Shown here in pieces: positions 12,262 to 24,667 of a stretch of 64,000 nucleotides of DNA; the stretch's first letter is position 1; each line of letters begins with the position of its first letter. The stretch lies in NCBI GenBank assembly GCA_905178155.1, contig CAJINV010000002.1, forward strand, positions 6,720,771-6,784,770, in the 5' to 3' direction. The notes beneath the pieces are model-generated. The model did no database searches, was not told the origin of the DNA, and saw only the letters and a list, made by a program, of their open reading frames with translations. The position numbers and the translations under genes were made by a program. The DNA comes from Amoebophrya sp. A120 (lineage: Eukaryota > Protista > Dinoflagellata).

Positions 12262-14571
12262 ATGTCGTCATCGCCGGCAATTGTTGCAGAGTTGATGTCA
12301 CATTTCTTATTCTTGCCACTACATTTCTTGAAGTGGCCGCGGCTGCGCTCCCTGCCCGCACATCTCATGGTCTGGACAATGGGAACGACGCTTGCGGCGT
12401 TACTCTTCGTTTGCGGGGGCGAAAATGTGCAGGAGGTGAAGGCCAACGAGGAGCATGCGCTTGCGTTCCACCAAGGTGGTACGTCGAGAGGGCATACGCT
12501 GGCAGATGAAGATCACAGCCCACTGGCGGCGCTGCAACGGCCCGGAGGCGAACAGTCCTCGCAGCTGCTTTCCGACCGCGTTCCTGCGCTCTCCAAAGGT
12601 AGTAGCGAGGAGCAGAACGAGGTGCGGACGCCGGAAGACGATGTCGTGGCGCCAGCATATTTCGAGCACGAAACACTGCGACCACCGCTGTTCGAGGGCG
12701 CGCAGTTTGATACAGCGGAAGAGTTTCTGCAGAGCAATGCAGAAGTACAGTATGCGTCTGAAGGGTGGTCGGCTACGCGGGTCGGGAACGAGGAGCAACA
12801 GGAACGCCGACAGACGAGAACTCCCTCTACCTCCCCCACCAACGAAAACGACATCGAGGATCTGGGTAGAGACTTTGTGGACCACAAGCAGCAGGAGTGG
12901 CTTCAGATTGGAGGATATGCCGCAGCAAAAAAGAGAAGCAGAGCCGCGGATGCCACTGCCATGGGAGGGCCGAGTGAGGACCTACGACTTCCGATGGAGC
13001 AGCAAATTTTCCAGATGCAGCAGGAGATGGCAATGCTCCGGGCGGAGATGCAGCAGAAGATTGCAATGCTCGAGGCGAACGCCACTGCCTGCATGAACAA
13101 CGTGACCGACCTTGTGAGCGCGAGCACAGATATTCGCCACGCCGGGGCGGTCGTGGAGGAGGCTAGTGGACTGCTTTTGGCGCAGATGTTTACTGTGTGG
13201 TGGGTGGATTACACTGGCGCTGTGGTGTACCTCCTTTCCGGGTTCGCGGCTTTGCTCATTGTCGTCGCACTGCCGGTTCGCTTGGTCTTTTTTCCCAGGG
13301 AATACAGCCAACAAGAGGAAGTAGAATCGGAGGGCGGCGGGGATGTCACTCCGGAACCAGAGCAGGGGGCAACCGCCGTGGCAGATGGTGACCAAGCAGA
13401 CCTTGTTTCGGCCGACCGCCCGAAACCACCGCCGGCGAAGCCGGAGAAGTACTGGCTGCTTCCCTGGGATTTCGCCAGGAAAGGAACTTTGTCAAGTGTA
13501 TGTCAGCGAGGGGACAGCACGGAGGGCAAGATTTTCACCACAGGTCTAGTGATAGCCGAAATTTGTGCACTGCTCTCGCGCTACACACTGATCGTGTACG
13601 ATCGCAGCTGTGCGGGCTTTGCTACCGTGGTGGATCAAGAACTGGACAGTATAGGCACCGAGCGATCTATCGATCTGGCGCTTCGTGTGGTTTGGCTGAT
13701 CCTTCCGCCTCTCCTCATGATCATCACGGCTGCGGTGCCGGGCAACAGTTTCAAGGTGAAGGGTCTGGACGCAGCTCCGACGACGACGGCAGGCAATGCA
13801 GCAGGTCCGGGAGGTAGCGCCACCCGAAATCGTGTGACGGCGATCCACGAGGACGATACTCGGATATGGTCGCAGGCACTGCATCGAAGTGTTTTGGCCG
13901 CAGTTGGGCTGCGGTTAATTTTTGAAACGCGGCAGTTGTTCCGCGAGCCTCTCGACGTCTCCGGCGTACTGTTTGGGGTGTCGGATTCGTTGGACCTGGA
14001 CGAGCAACACGACCTACATTTTTGGGTGGATCTTTCCGATCAGCGAGTCGCGGCCCGATGCGGCAGCGACGCTCATCGGGCAGCCTGGGCGCAGGCCTAT
14101 CGCGGCTATTACTTGGGCCGAGTGGTGTGGCTCTTTCTCGGGTGGGCCTTTTCACTACTATTCCTTGCCCTAAGCCTTGCGTGCGCATTGCAATATCGAC
14201 ACGCCGAGGACCGTTCAGCCAAAGACCGGGACCGTCTGCACGCTGCGGCCTATCTCGAAGACGTTCGCTTGGTTCCGCAATCGGCGAGCCTGATTCTTCC
14301 GCGGCTCTCGTTTGCAGCCGAAATTCTTGCCATGCTCACTGTGCAAGCGCTACCCTTCTGGCCCGTTCTTCTGAAGGTAATGCGGCATGGGCAAGGTGCT
14401 ACTTGGAACCCGCCACTGACACCCCTCGATGTTTTGCTTAGAGTATCGTTTGAGCACTTGTCGTGGAGGCAGAATCTATCACAATGCGGGCATTACTTTG
14501 ATACGGACAAGGACTGTGGCAACGATATGTTGACGGCACAGTTGTGGTTTTCACAACCTCCGGTTAGATAG
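12262..14571 (+). CDS. Multi-pass membrane protein (hydrophobic N-terminus, short coiled coil, several TM segments), unknown function
   Basis: Uninterrupted 769-aa ORF with several hydrophobic stretches and a QQEMAMLRAEMQQKIAMLE coiled coil; exact start codon uncertain. Confidence 0.7.
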   Translation: MSSSPAIVAELMSHFLFLPLHFLKWPRLRSLPAHLMVWTMGTTLAALLFVCGGENVQEVKANEEHALAFHQGGTSRGHTLADEDHSPLAALQRPGGEQSSQLLSDRVPALSKGSSEEQNEVRTPEDDVVAPAYFEHETLRPPLFEGAQFDTAEEFLQSNAEVQYASEGWSATRVGNEEQQERRQTRTPSTSPTNENDIEDLGRDFVDHKQQEWLQIGGYAAAKKRSRAADATAMGGPSEDLRLPMEQQIFQMQQEMAMLRAEMQQKIAMLEANATACMNNVTDLVSASTDIRHAGAVVEEASGLLLAQMFTVWWVDYTGAVVYLLSGFAALLIVVALPVRLVFFPREYSQQEEVESEGGGDVTPEPEQGATAVADGDQADLVSADRPKPPPAKPEKYWLLPWDFARKGTLSSVCQRGDSTEGKIFTTGLVIAEICALLSRYTLIVYDRSCAGFATVVDQELDSIGTERSIDLALRVVWLILPPLLMIITAAVPGNSFKVKGLDAAPTTTAGNAAGPGGSATRNRVTAIHEDDTRIWSQALHRSVLAAVGLRLIFETRQLFREPLDVSGVLFGVSDSLDLDEQHDLHFWVDLSDQRVAARCGSDAHRAAWAQAYRGYYLGRVVWLFLGWAFSLLFLALSLACALQYRHAEDRSAKDRDRLHAAAYLEDVRLVPQSASLILPRLSFAAEILAMLTVQALPFWPVLLKVMRHGQGATWNPPLTPLDVLLRVSFEHLSWRQNLSQCGHYFDTDKDCGNDMLTAQLWFSQPPVR

Positions 14572-15007
14572 TGGCTAACTTCAAACTTCTGTGCAGGCCA
14601 TATGAAATTGCAACAACAGCTGCGCAGTGGAAACTGAGGAAGCTTTCGACTTTTTGTAATTCACCTGAGATCTACTACTACTTCATGTTGTAGCACTGCG
14701 CAGAGTCACTTAACTTGAGGCGTGGAAAGAGATGCGACAAAGACAAAGCTACCTGCTCCAGGAGCTTCTGCGACGCCGTGTTCAACATGTGCTTTATCGT
14801 CCAAGCAGGAGTTCCGGGGTCCACCGTCGATCAGTGCGCCTTCCCTGCGTCGATCAGTGCCGCCTTGCAAGAGCCAGCGAAGACGAAGACGAAGATCATT
14901 GGCAAACCATTCAAGTTTCCACCTCTTCGGAGAATAGCTCGCTAAAGATCGGCTTATCCGCTTTGGATTGTCAATCCAAAGTGGAAAATAAAACCAATCG
15001 AAACTTG

Positions 15008-18000
15008 ATGAAAAAAACAGACAAGATGATGGGGCGGGCTCAGGCGCAGCGGGGCTTTCGCTTTCCTTTTGTGGTTACTCTTGTCTTCGCGACGTGTTGT
15101 CGCTTTGCCTATGGTGGGGAGACTACGTCAGCAACATCACACGTGCATCTTGAAGATGTCTCCTCCCCGTCCGCGATCGAGGAGGATCATGTTCATGTGA
15201 GGATTCCTTCGGGCACGACGATGACTTCACCCCCAGAGCAACTTCGAGAGCCCGCTGTCAAAAACATTCAAGGCGGACCTAGTCCTCCGAACCCGTGCGA
15301 AGTGGCTCTGCGAGAGCAAGTGCGAGGCACGACTTTGACGCAATTCGGAAAATTACTGCTCTTCGGTACGGGAAAACAAATTCCATACGACGCAGGAAAG
15401 TACAAGTTTTGCCGAGCACTGGAAAACGCAAAGTATTTCCTGGCGGAGTTCCAGTACCAGTATGTCAACGGGGGTGAGGTGGAGGAGGAGCAACAGCAGA
15501 AGCAAGGATATCATGGCGCTTTTACGAAAGAGGACGGCACCAACGTTGTCGAAAATCTGCTTGCGCCAGCAGTTTCTGAAGTGCTTTCGCGAACGACCAT
15601 ATCACAGGATGATCGGGAGGACAAAATTCTTGAGAAAAACGATGGGCAGCACCCATTGTTCTCGTTCCCGAGAAACATCATTCTCGATGCCCTCAATCCC
15701 ATGCTTCAAACCGAAGACTTGTTGACGGGAAATAAACTGTTTGCAAACCCGGCGATAATTGATGCCCGCCGAGGACATCCGAATCTTCACGCAGCTCCGA
15801 ATAAAGCCTTGGCCATCCCGATGAAACTGGGTCTGTGCCTTCCCGCGACGCACGTGGTCAATAACAAGCGCCTCCCAGCTTGCACGAAACAAACCGTACA
15901 CGACATGCTGCAAGACTGGATGCGACCCAAAGCGGCTGCGCGAAGAGGCTCGAAACTTTCGTCCGCATCAGCAAGCCATGAAGCCGAACTGCAGACACAA
16001 ACCACGACCAAACTGGAAGATGAAGATCAAGATGATTCAAACACCCGTCTGCTCAGCGCCGTCATTCCCACCGATTCCAAGCAAAAGGACGCGACCAAAG
16101 TGCAAATCACCTGCCCCGAGGAGGACACGGTGACTTCCCTCGATGACTACGCGATCGCGTCTATCGGCTTTCTCGGGCTATTGCTTTTGACAGTCATTAC
16201 CGCGACCTTCCGGGTGCAGGTTTTCGAAGCTGCGATGGAAAAGTACGAGAAAAATGTCAGGCTGCAATCGGAACTGGATCGGAGACTAGTGGAGAGTTAC
16301 TGCAGCAACAGCGTGTCGACGAGCAGTTTGCTGAACAGCAGTTATCCAAGTTCGGAAGTCGGTGGTGGGGAAAATAATGATGTTTTGGTCGTCAACGCCG
16401 AGACCATTCAGACACCGAGAGGAATGGAAGATGGTACTCTTTCTAGTACTGAAGTAGATGTATGCAACTTTTATTGCCTAAGCGTAGTTAGGTAAATGGT
16501 ACAGACTTGTTTTTTGTGATTGATATTCAAGATTCGTGATGAGCAAGACATGTTGACAATTACAAATCAGAAACAGGCTCTACCGACGGCACGCCCAGTA
16601 CGGCATCGTCACCAAACGAAGCGGAGCCAACATCACAAGCTACTACACCTAGAGGAGCCACAGCAGCAGCACCTGCAGTTGTTTCGTCATCCTCTGCAAA
16701 ACAAGCAAAGCAGCTCAACACGGGCACCGCGTCCCGGCCGCTTCTCATCGTCGACACGCTGATGGAGCGACGGTTAGAGGAGCAGACCACCATCCCACAA
16801 CTCCCCCGTCCGATCGCCCCACCACTATGGGCGAAAGCGTTTGCGCTGTTTGGGAAGACAGGGACGTTGACGAAGTTGTTTCAGACAAATACGAACACAG
16901 GAAGAAAAAACAATTCGCCCAGAAAACCCCACACCAACGACCGGCCGACGGATTGTCTGAACGGAATGCGGGTTTTGTCTATGCTCTGGATCTATCAAAT
17001 GCAAAAATGTCTGGGTCTGGAAGAGTCCAAGACTTGTGATGCAGGTTTTCCATGACCCGTGAGGTCTGGAATGCGAGACCCAGCATGACAAATTCTTTGA
17101 GGTCTCTATCATGCCTTTCCTGCGTGAGAAACTCCCTCTCAGCTTGGTCAAAAGCGGACAGCTTTTGGCACTCACGCAACACAGATTTTTGCATCATTCA
17201 GATTTAGCATGACAGGTTCTAATCTTCCCGACCCAGACATTTCTACATTTGATAGGATCATCCTTGGCCATACCTTTCTCATGCCCGAAGGCCTCACCGG
17301 CTACAGCAACAACGAGGACATCGCGAGCATCATGCGACCGTTCGTGACCGCTGACTTCAGTAGCGAGACCGCGCCCTGGCTGATGTTTGTGCTCGCTGCG
17401 GAATTTGGGGTGGACAGCTTTTTCTTCATGAGCGGGTTTTTGCTCTCCTTGCTGCAACTACAAGAGCTGGAGAAGAAGCACGGGAAGAGGAGTATCAGGG
17501 ATAGAAGAAGTGGATCATCTGCTGAAAATTCTACAAATCGCAGGCCGTCCCTCTTCCAACACTTCAAAAAGTGGCTTTTTGGCTTGTTCCAGCGGTACGT
17601 CCGGTTGACCCCAAGCCTGGCACTGGCTTTGATGCTGTACTACAAAGTTCTCTACTTTTTCGTCGCGATTGGCGACCAAGGGAGCAGCGCTGTTCCTGTC
17701 GATGGTGATAGCATCGTGCAATCTGTCCCCTCCTCCGGGCCTTTCGTCCCCTTACTGCAAGACTCGATCAAGAACAAGTGCGATTCCTCCTGGTGGAGCG
17801 AACTCAGCTACACGGTGAATTTCATCCCCTTTGACTCCGACAAGGTCTGCATGGGCTGGAGCTGGTACCTGGGGAATGACATGCTGTTTTTCGCAGTGGG
17901 CACGGTAATTGTGCCGCTTTACTTTCACAAGTCGAAACTGCATGGGGTTATTCTCCTGCTCACGTTTCTCCTCGCCGCTGTCGGGATCACGACCTACCTG

Positions 18001-18618
18001 ATTTACCACTACCATTTATCCCCTTATCTCTTCGACCGGCACTACCTGGACTACAGCTATTACGCTTATTCGAAGCCCTACTGCCGGATCGGCGCTTATC
18101 TGATCGGGTTAGCGACCGCGTGGCACGTGCTGGAGCGGGAAGAAAAGCAAGACCATGCGAGGTTTTTCGGCAGTAAAAGGGCGAGCGTGTTTTTGCTACT
18201 GGCTTTTTCCGTTTTGGCGGTGTTGATCTTCATTCCGGCAACGGACGGGGGGGAGAACAAAAACAGCTGGTCCGATTTGGAGTCGAATTTGATGCTGAAT
18301 TTCGGCCGGCTTTTCTGGGCCGGGTGTCTGGCCGTGATCGTCACGCATTGCTATTTTGGGCACTATCCGTTCATTGACAGCGTCTTAGCGCACGAGATCT
18401 TCACGCCTTTAACGAGATTGTGCTACGGGGCGTATCTGTGCCATCCGTTGGTGATCAAGTATTTTGCCGGGACCAGCCTGCAATTTTACAACTTCGACCT
18501 GCATACGATCTTCTCCCAGTTTCTCCTACACACGGTTTTGTCGTTTTTACTCGCGGTGGTCTTGTGGTGTCTGGCTGAAAGGCCAGTGATGACCATTGCA
18601 GGCGCTTATTTGAAGTAG
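15008..18618 (+). CDS. NRF-6 / O-acyltransferase-like protein (N-terminal NRF domain plus acyltransferase-3 membrane domain); two introns (~16460-16570, boundaries uncertain; 16993-17259)
   Basis: Motifs DCLNGMRVLSMLW(I|I)LGHTF, VDSFFFMSGFL, RYVRLTP, CMGWSWYLGNDM, YSKPYCRIGAYLIG, YGAYLCHP, ERP; N-terminal DAGKYKFC...GLCLPA...C. Confidence 0.9.
16993..17254. mobile_element. Introner, family A (forward orientation)
   Basis: ~30-bp TIR tatcaaatgcaaaaatgtctgggtctggaa / ttcccgacccagacatttctacatttgata; perfect GGATC direct repeat; interrupts the conserved MLWIILGH motif. Confidence 0.95.
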
Positions 18619-19465
18619 CCATAGAAATGTACTGTTTACGTTTTCATCTGATTTTTCTGCACCGGCAAGGAACATGTGGACATGAACACGAAGACGATCG
18701 ACAAGAGCGACGAAGTCAAAGAAATTTCAGAGTCGACGAACAGCAGACGCTCGCTTACTTATAGCAGCACACTAACACGAGCTGCCACGTATACTACTTT
18801 GGAATCAAAAGATTTATTTGATGCGCTTTCTGGTGGAGCTGGATGGTCTGGTGTGGCTAGTGCGTTTTGCTTTCCCATTTAAAGAAATGCACAACGTACA
18901 AAATCTTGTCCGCGGACAAGCAATGAAGATGTTGCGGCGCAGCTCGGCCCCCGGACTTCTCGATTGATCGTCCTCGCTCTGAATCATCTAAATCTTCTTC
19001 GATCGTTTTTTTTTGCATCGTTAGTTTGGTGTTTAACATTTCAAGTCGCTCGGCACCAGGATCAGGAACATGAACATTCGTTCGAGGTTGTCGCTTTGCT
19101 CGGAAGCGACTGTCAATGTGACAATGTCGGTGCAGGAGGAAGGAAGTTTGTACCTCTGACAAGTAACTTCGCATCGTCTGACAAGGGGATTGTAAGTGGG
19201 GAAACTGACTGATGATCGTGATTCGCCTTCCAGCGTTGTTGCATTTGTCTTGTCGTGTGATGTTTTCGTTTGGGATTGTTTCTAGTTTGGATTTGATGTT
19301 CCTGTTGGTGTTTCAATATTAGTTTATCTGTATTGCTCCTGGTCCTGCTACTCTGCAGTTGTCGTTTGTCATTCTCTAGGTTCGTACTTCCTAGGCACCA
19401 CATTCAGGACAAGCACCAAGCGAGATTGCATACACACAGTAATTATTTGAAACTTCTTCTGTGTC

Positions 19466-20011
19466 ATGAAGGTCGAAGTAGAAGTATTCCGAGTCGCGGA
19501 AGGGAGCACGGAAGTCACGCGACGGGAAAAAAAATTCGTAGTGGAAGTCAACGGCACACCCGGCGTGCGCACTTGGTGCTCAGAAATCCAGCACGCTGCA
19601 AGGGAGAGGTTTGGAATCCCCCTCGAAGCGCAGCACGTTACGACGCCAAGGCTGGTCCTCTTTAGCTTGATCTACCCGTGCCACTATGGCATAGGAAGCA
19701 TCCGGCTGAAGCTGATGTCCGACGAGGAACGGATTACCGAATACGCGAAGTTCTTCGATGAAAAAGAAGAATGGGGGGAATGGATCAAGTGCGCGACTGG
19801 CAAATCGTTGCGGAAAGCAGGCGTCCATTCGAAAAAAAGCAACCGCGTCTACGTGTGGACATCCTACCTCGGGCCCGTTCCAGAGAAGCGGCCAGCTGCT
19901 CTCGGCGCGGCAGGCGGCATTCAATTGCAAGAGGGCCAGCCAAGTACAATTTTTCGTTTGTTTTGTTGCGTTTGTCCTGCTTTCGGGCCCTGTGTGCATC
20001 CGTGCCATTGA
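19466..20011 (+). CDS. Small protein with a ubiquitin-like N-terminal region and a Cys-rich C-terminus
   Basis: 181-aa ORF; KFVVEV...ERFGIPLEAQHV resembles the ubiquitin beta-grasp GIPxxQQRL segment; ends FCCVCPAFGPCVHPCH. Confidence 0.5.
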   Translation: MKVEVEVFRVAEGSTEVTRREKKFVVEVNGTPGVRTWCSEIQHAARERFGIPLEAQHVTTPRLVLFSLIYPCHYGIGSIRLKLMSDEERITEYAKFFDEKEEWGEWIKCATGKSLRKAGVHSKKSNRVYVWTSYLGPVPEKRPAALGAAGGIQLQEGQPSTIFRLFCCVCPAFGPCVHPCH

Positions 20012-21274
20012 GAGCGTAAAAAATGCGGTTGTGTCATCAATACAAATCTCACAAACTACAAAGGCGCGCAGTCCCAGTCCTCGAAAAAAAGGCGGGTCGA
20101 ATTGTAGTACGGGGGACGCCGGTCCCGGTGCCGCGATGTCTGTCTGCGCGCCAGCTCGTGCTTGAATTTCCCTGAGTTGTAGTGCGTCTTGGGATCTCTT
20201 CGCAGATGCTGTGCGTGCGTGTATTTATATGCAGGGATGATCTTTCACTTTCTTGTGAGGGCGTATCTGAAGAAGCAAATGGATCTTCTGAGGACTGTTG
20301 TCGTGGTAGGCGTAGGCTCATAACAACGACATCAACGTTATGCCCAACGATCGACAATCACAATGAACATGAAAACTGCACCCCTAAGAAAGTAGGCGTC
20401 ATTCAATTTCGGAATTGAAAGTGCAGCATTCGTATTCGAAGAGCGGACGTGGGTCTTGACAGTCATCCTTTGCTCGTGGAGTGGGGGCCAAGAAGTCGCA
20501 CCGGCCTCATCAGAGATATTTCTCTTGCAGCTGTACCTGCTGGCTTTGTTGCCAGTCGTCCGACACAACTTATTGCTTGGGATACAAGAAGGTCTAGATC
20601 TGTTTGGACGTTTGGATCTGATGTTTCTAATCGCACAGCACCCAAATAATGCCTTGACGGATCCACGTCCACTTCTTCGCGATCCCGATCTCGTTAGCGT
20701 CACTATTCTTCAGTTTCGTATGACATGCGCCATTACCCTGTATGGCGAGTCGTGTTGCCTGTCAGGATGATAGAGGTAGCAGGAGTCGTCTTGAACAAGA
20801 TGATCGTCAGCGTTATATAGGAATGAAAGCTGAAGCTGATCTTTTACTGCGAGTCTCGACTAGCCCAAGTCAGTGTGAGGCGGGCGCCACTAACCTGCTC
20901 CACTGGTTGAACGTGAAGGAACCTGATCGAGTCGTATCGTGTCGCCACGCTGATGTAGATGCTCAAATAATTGATTCATGTTTCAGTGCACAGGGACAAA
21001 GTAATCGTCACGGAAAAAACTGAAAGTGAAACTTCTCATCGGATCGACATTCGAGCTATTCAATTGAGGCAAAATCTACGACGACGACCGCGATGTCTGC
21101 TTTTCGCTACAGAAGATTGATAAAGTAAGCAAATCATCTTCCTCCTCGCACAAGTTTTTTTGTTCTTGGACTCGGCTCAGTCATCATCTACTTCATACAT
21201 CATTTCTCATACTCGATCATTATCAATCTACTTCAACTTGTACTGCTTCAGCTGATACAGAAGTAGAAAACACA

Positions 21275-22069
21275 ATGCCGCCGCCGTCATCTGTCGGTGC
21301 AGATGCAGGGCGCACTGGCCGCAGTCGGAGCCCCAGGCGACATCCGCAACGGGTTGAAGATCTTTTCCAAGACGACTCAACACTGCAGATGGGAGGGCTT
21401 GCCGGAATATGGAAAGTCAAGAACGACGAGATGGACGATGAAGTTCCGAGTATGGTGTGGGTCGACACAGACGGTCAAAGTATGCGATTTTTCAAACAAG
21501 ATAAATGGAAGATGGCACGCGGCGCAGGGAGTCAGAAAAACACCATCTTCAGTGTCAAAGCTAAAATTGCGAACAGGATGTGGGTCGCGAACGGTGTCCG
21601 TGCCGACGCCGAGAGCATAACGTGGCAGAACGAAGCGGATGCGGATGAAAAAGCAACCTGGATCCGTAGTAAAGAACACGCGCTGCCGTCCTGCTCCGGC
21701 GCTAGCTCTCGCCAAGTGCCCGGCAATGGCGCGGAAATCAATCGGCCGATTGTTAGCGCGGACATGATCGACGACGGGATCGACCGAACGATTGCGCAGG
21801 CAGAGGAGGCCTTCCAAGAGACGACCAAGGCTTTTCAAGAAACGACCAGAGCAGCGCTCGAAAAGCTGCGAAACGGGCTCCAGTCCGCGAAAAAATGTGA
21901 GGTCGTTCCGAGCTGCAAAATTTGCTTGACCCGCCCGGTTTCCGTCGTCCTTCTCGGCTGCGGGCACACGCTCTGTAACGATTGCGCTGATATTCAGTGC
22001 AAACCCGGCAAAGTGTGCTTCGCGTGCAAGGTTCCCTACGCGGGGCGGCAGCAGATGTTCTTCTCGTAG
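21275..22069 (+). CDS. C-terminal C3HC4 RING-finger protein, array copy 1 (putative E3 ligase)
   Basis: CKICLTRPVSVVLLGCGHTLCNDC...CFACKVPY...MFFS; N-terminal RSRSP. Confidence 0.9.
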   Translation: MPPPSSVGADAGRTGRSRSPRRHPQRVEDLFQDDSTLQMGGLAGIWKVKNDEMDDEVPSMVWVDTDGQSMRFFKQDKWKMARGAGSQKNTIFSVKAKIANRMWVANGVRADAESITWQNEADADEKATWIRSKEHALPSCSGASSRQVPGNGAEINRPIVSADMIDDGIDRTIAQAEEAFQETTKAFQETTRAALEKLRNGLQSAKKCEVVPSCKICLTRPVSVVLLGCGHTLCNDCADIQCKPGKVCFACKVPYAGRQQMFFS

Positions 22070-22995
22070 GGGTTCACGGGTTTGCAATCTCTCTCGTTGG
22101 TGTCAACAAAGCGTGATCCTGAAAACAGTTAGATACCAAACTGACATTCGTGCTTTTCCTATTGCCCCCAGTATGATCCTTTGCTTTTCAGACTCAGAGA
22201 TGTAGAAACTAACCCGTCAGCACTTTGAGCTGTAATGTCGTTCAATCAGAAGTAGAAGTTTAGCACCTCCTGCACCTTGTCCCTGTGTTACCATCTCTGT
22301 GAGTCGGCCCTGAGACGCGACGCAGATGCTGAGAATTCCAATGCCCTGTTCTCCGACATCCAGCTGTGTTTTGAAGATGTGCGACGGATCAAAGACGAGC
22401 TGGTCGCGAGATTTCAAAAAAGATCTCTCTGGTGTTGTCGTGATGTTGCGATTTGCTCACTCTTGTCCCCCCTGCAGCTGTGTTACCTGCTACGACGCTT
22501 GGTCGATGACACAGTCAAGAACATGTTTCTGTTACTATGTGTAGTAATGCCAAGGCGGACTTCAACTGAAATTGTGTTTGTAGTGGGCTTGAAGGTCCCC
22601 AGGCAAGAATCTGAGAGAAGGTGCAGCGGCCGCTGAAAAGAAATATCTCCCGCGATGTACAACTATCGCAGTAGCAACACGGTTCTTCATGCGATGAACA
22701 CAAACTTCTCCAGTCCCAGTGTTGTAGTATCACGACTACCTTTACCTCCTTTTAGATTTCGTGTTGTATCTCTCTAGTGCTGCGGAACCCTCGTGCGGTA
22801 AGCTCGTCATTCAATTACGACAACGAGGGCACTTCCGTGCCGCCCTCCTTTTTGTTCGAAGCTATGAGCCCCCCTCGTCGTCCGTACACGAGATGCCGCC
22901 CAAAGAGCAGAAGTACACTACGCCGGCGGGCACTTCGGGAAGCCGAGGAGGCCGCTCGGCGACGAGCGCGCGATCACCCCCCGCGGGAGCAAAAC

Positions 22996-24667
22996 ATGCC
23001 CCGTTCGCGCAGCAGACCGAGAAATGCATCGCCCACCACACCAGAAGTTTTTTCCTACACCGCCGCCTCCGGTTTCGAGCGTCCTTCGTCTGAGAACCAG
23101 ACTGCGCAATCTGCGAATCATCCAACAGGAGGCACGGCAACGAGCAACACAGTATCACGGGCTGTAGTAGAAAATGTTGCTGCGCTGCTGCAATTTGAAC
23201 TTCATCGTCCACACACACACAGCACCCGGTCATATCCATTGTCGGCAGCTGCGAGCCATTCTGTTTTTCGTGCAGATGATGCCGATGCAATTACGCGTAG
23301 CACGACGGTCACGCTTGCAGATGCTACAAAGTCCGAGGGGAACAGCAAGAACGTGCAGCAGATGTCCGGGCTTGCCGGGCGCTGGCGTGTGGAGCATCCG
23401 GAGTGGCTGGATTATTCCCAATCCGCTGCTTTGAAAAAGATTGAGATAGCGGAGATCGGCGAGGAGGGCGTGTCTGTCCGATTCCTCAGCGAGCCCGATG
23501 AATCAGAGTCGGGAGGAGCCGACAGCACATTATTAGGGACAGACGTGAACGAAACCAGCAAAACCTTGTCGACAACGTTAGTTGTCGGCCTACTCGCGTC
23601 CCGACGGTTATGACACCCTCAGAATGGAAATCCTCAAAGTGGAAATAATTTGTGATGCATGATGAAACGCGACACCAAAAAGACTGTATTGCAGAGAACG
23701 CAATGGAGGCCGACTACTGTGCTTCTACGGGTTCAGAATTGGGCTGCTGATTAGCATGGGAGAAGGGCACCCCTTTGCCTAACTAGCATGACAAACACGT
23801 TTTGAGTGCCCGGGAAATTTGTCATGCGCCGACTATAAATGGTGCTCGAACTGGCGTCGTTTTTTTGCATTACAAATTATTTTCACTTTGAGGATTTCCA
23901 ACCTGAGTCCTGAGGCTTTCATAACGGTGCAGTGAGTCTCGTGATTTTACTCTGCGGATTAACACAGGCGGGCCGCGGGACTGGATTGCAACGCCTGTGT
24001 ATCAAATGTAAAAATGTCTGGGTCTGGAAGAATGCATGTTTGTCATGCTTGTCTGGCATGACTCTTAAATCTGTCATGCACGTTACCCAAGAGCTCCGTT
24101 TTTCTGTGATGCAGAAACGCAGTTTGTCATGCAGAATAGGCAACACCTAGTAGAAGCTCAGAAACTTGTCATGCTGAGCCAGCACTTCTGGCCTCATCAT
24201 GAGACGCCACTCAGCATCACAAGTTTCCAGACCCAGACATTTTTACATTTGATACTGTGGGAGACGAAGCCATAGAAATTGAAGAAATTGTGTGGTACTT
24301 GGAGCACGACCTTGAGAAGAAAGTTGTCTGGCGTCGCGAGCACAACTCGCAAAAATCTAGCAGCTCCGCACCCACAAATACCACCACGGTTGACCTCGTG
24401 AATGACGCCGTCGCACAAACACTCGCAGCAGCGGAAAGGCAAACCCGTGAGGCGTTTGAAATGTTGCGAGACGGTCTCAAGGCGGCGGAAAAGCGCGAAG
24501 TCGTGCCGACTTGCAAAATTTGCCTGGAAAACCCAGTATCCGTGCTGTTGCTGGGATGTGGCCATACCATGTGTGCCGGTTGCGCCGAGAGGCAGTGTCA
24601 GCCGGGGAAAGCCTGTTTTATCTGCAAGGCTGCGTACGAAGGGCGCCACAAGCTGTTTTTTTCGTGA
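22996..24667 (+). CDS. C3HC4 RING protein, array copy 2 (363 aa); exons 22996-23608, 23929-23999, 24260-24667
   Basis: Frame restored by removing two introners (SRR|CSESRDFTLRINTGGPRDWIATPV|GDEAI); RING CKICLENPVSVLLLGCGHTMC...CFICK...LFFS; start chosen because all paralogs begin MP. Confidence 0.85.
23609..23923. mobile_element. Introner, family F
   Basis: TIR tatga...ggaaatcctcaaagtggaaataatttgtgatgc / gcattacaaattattttcactttgaggatttcc...tcata; perfect ACGGT direct repeat. Confidence 0.9.
24000..24254. mobile_element. Introner, family A TIR with a divergent interior
   Basis: tatcaaatgtaaaaatgtctgggtctggaa...ttccagacccagacatttttacatttgata; perfect CTGTG direct repeat. Confidence 0.95.
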
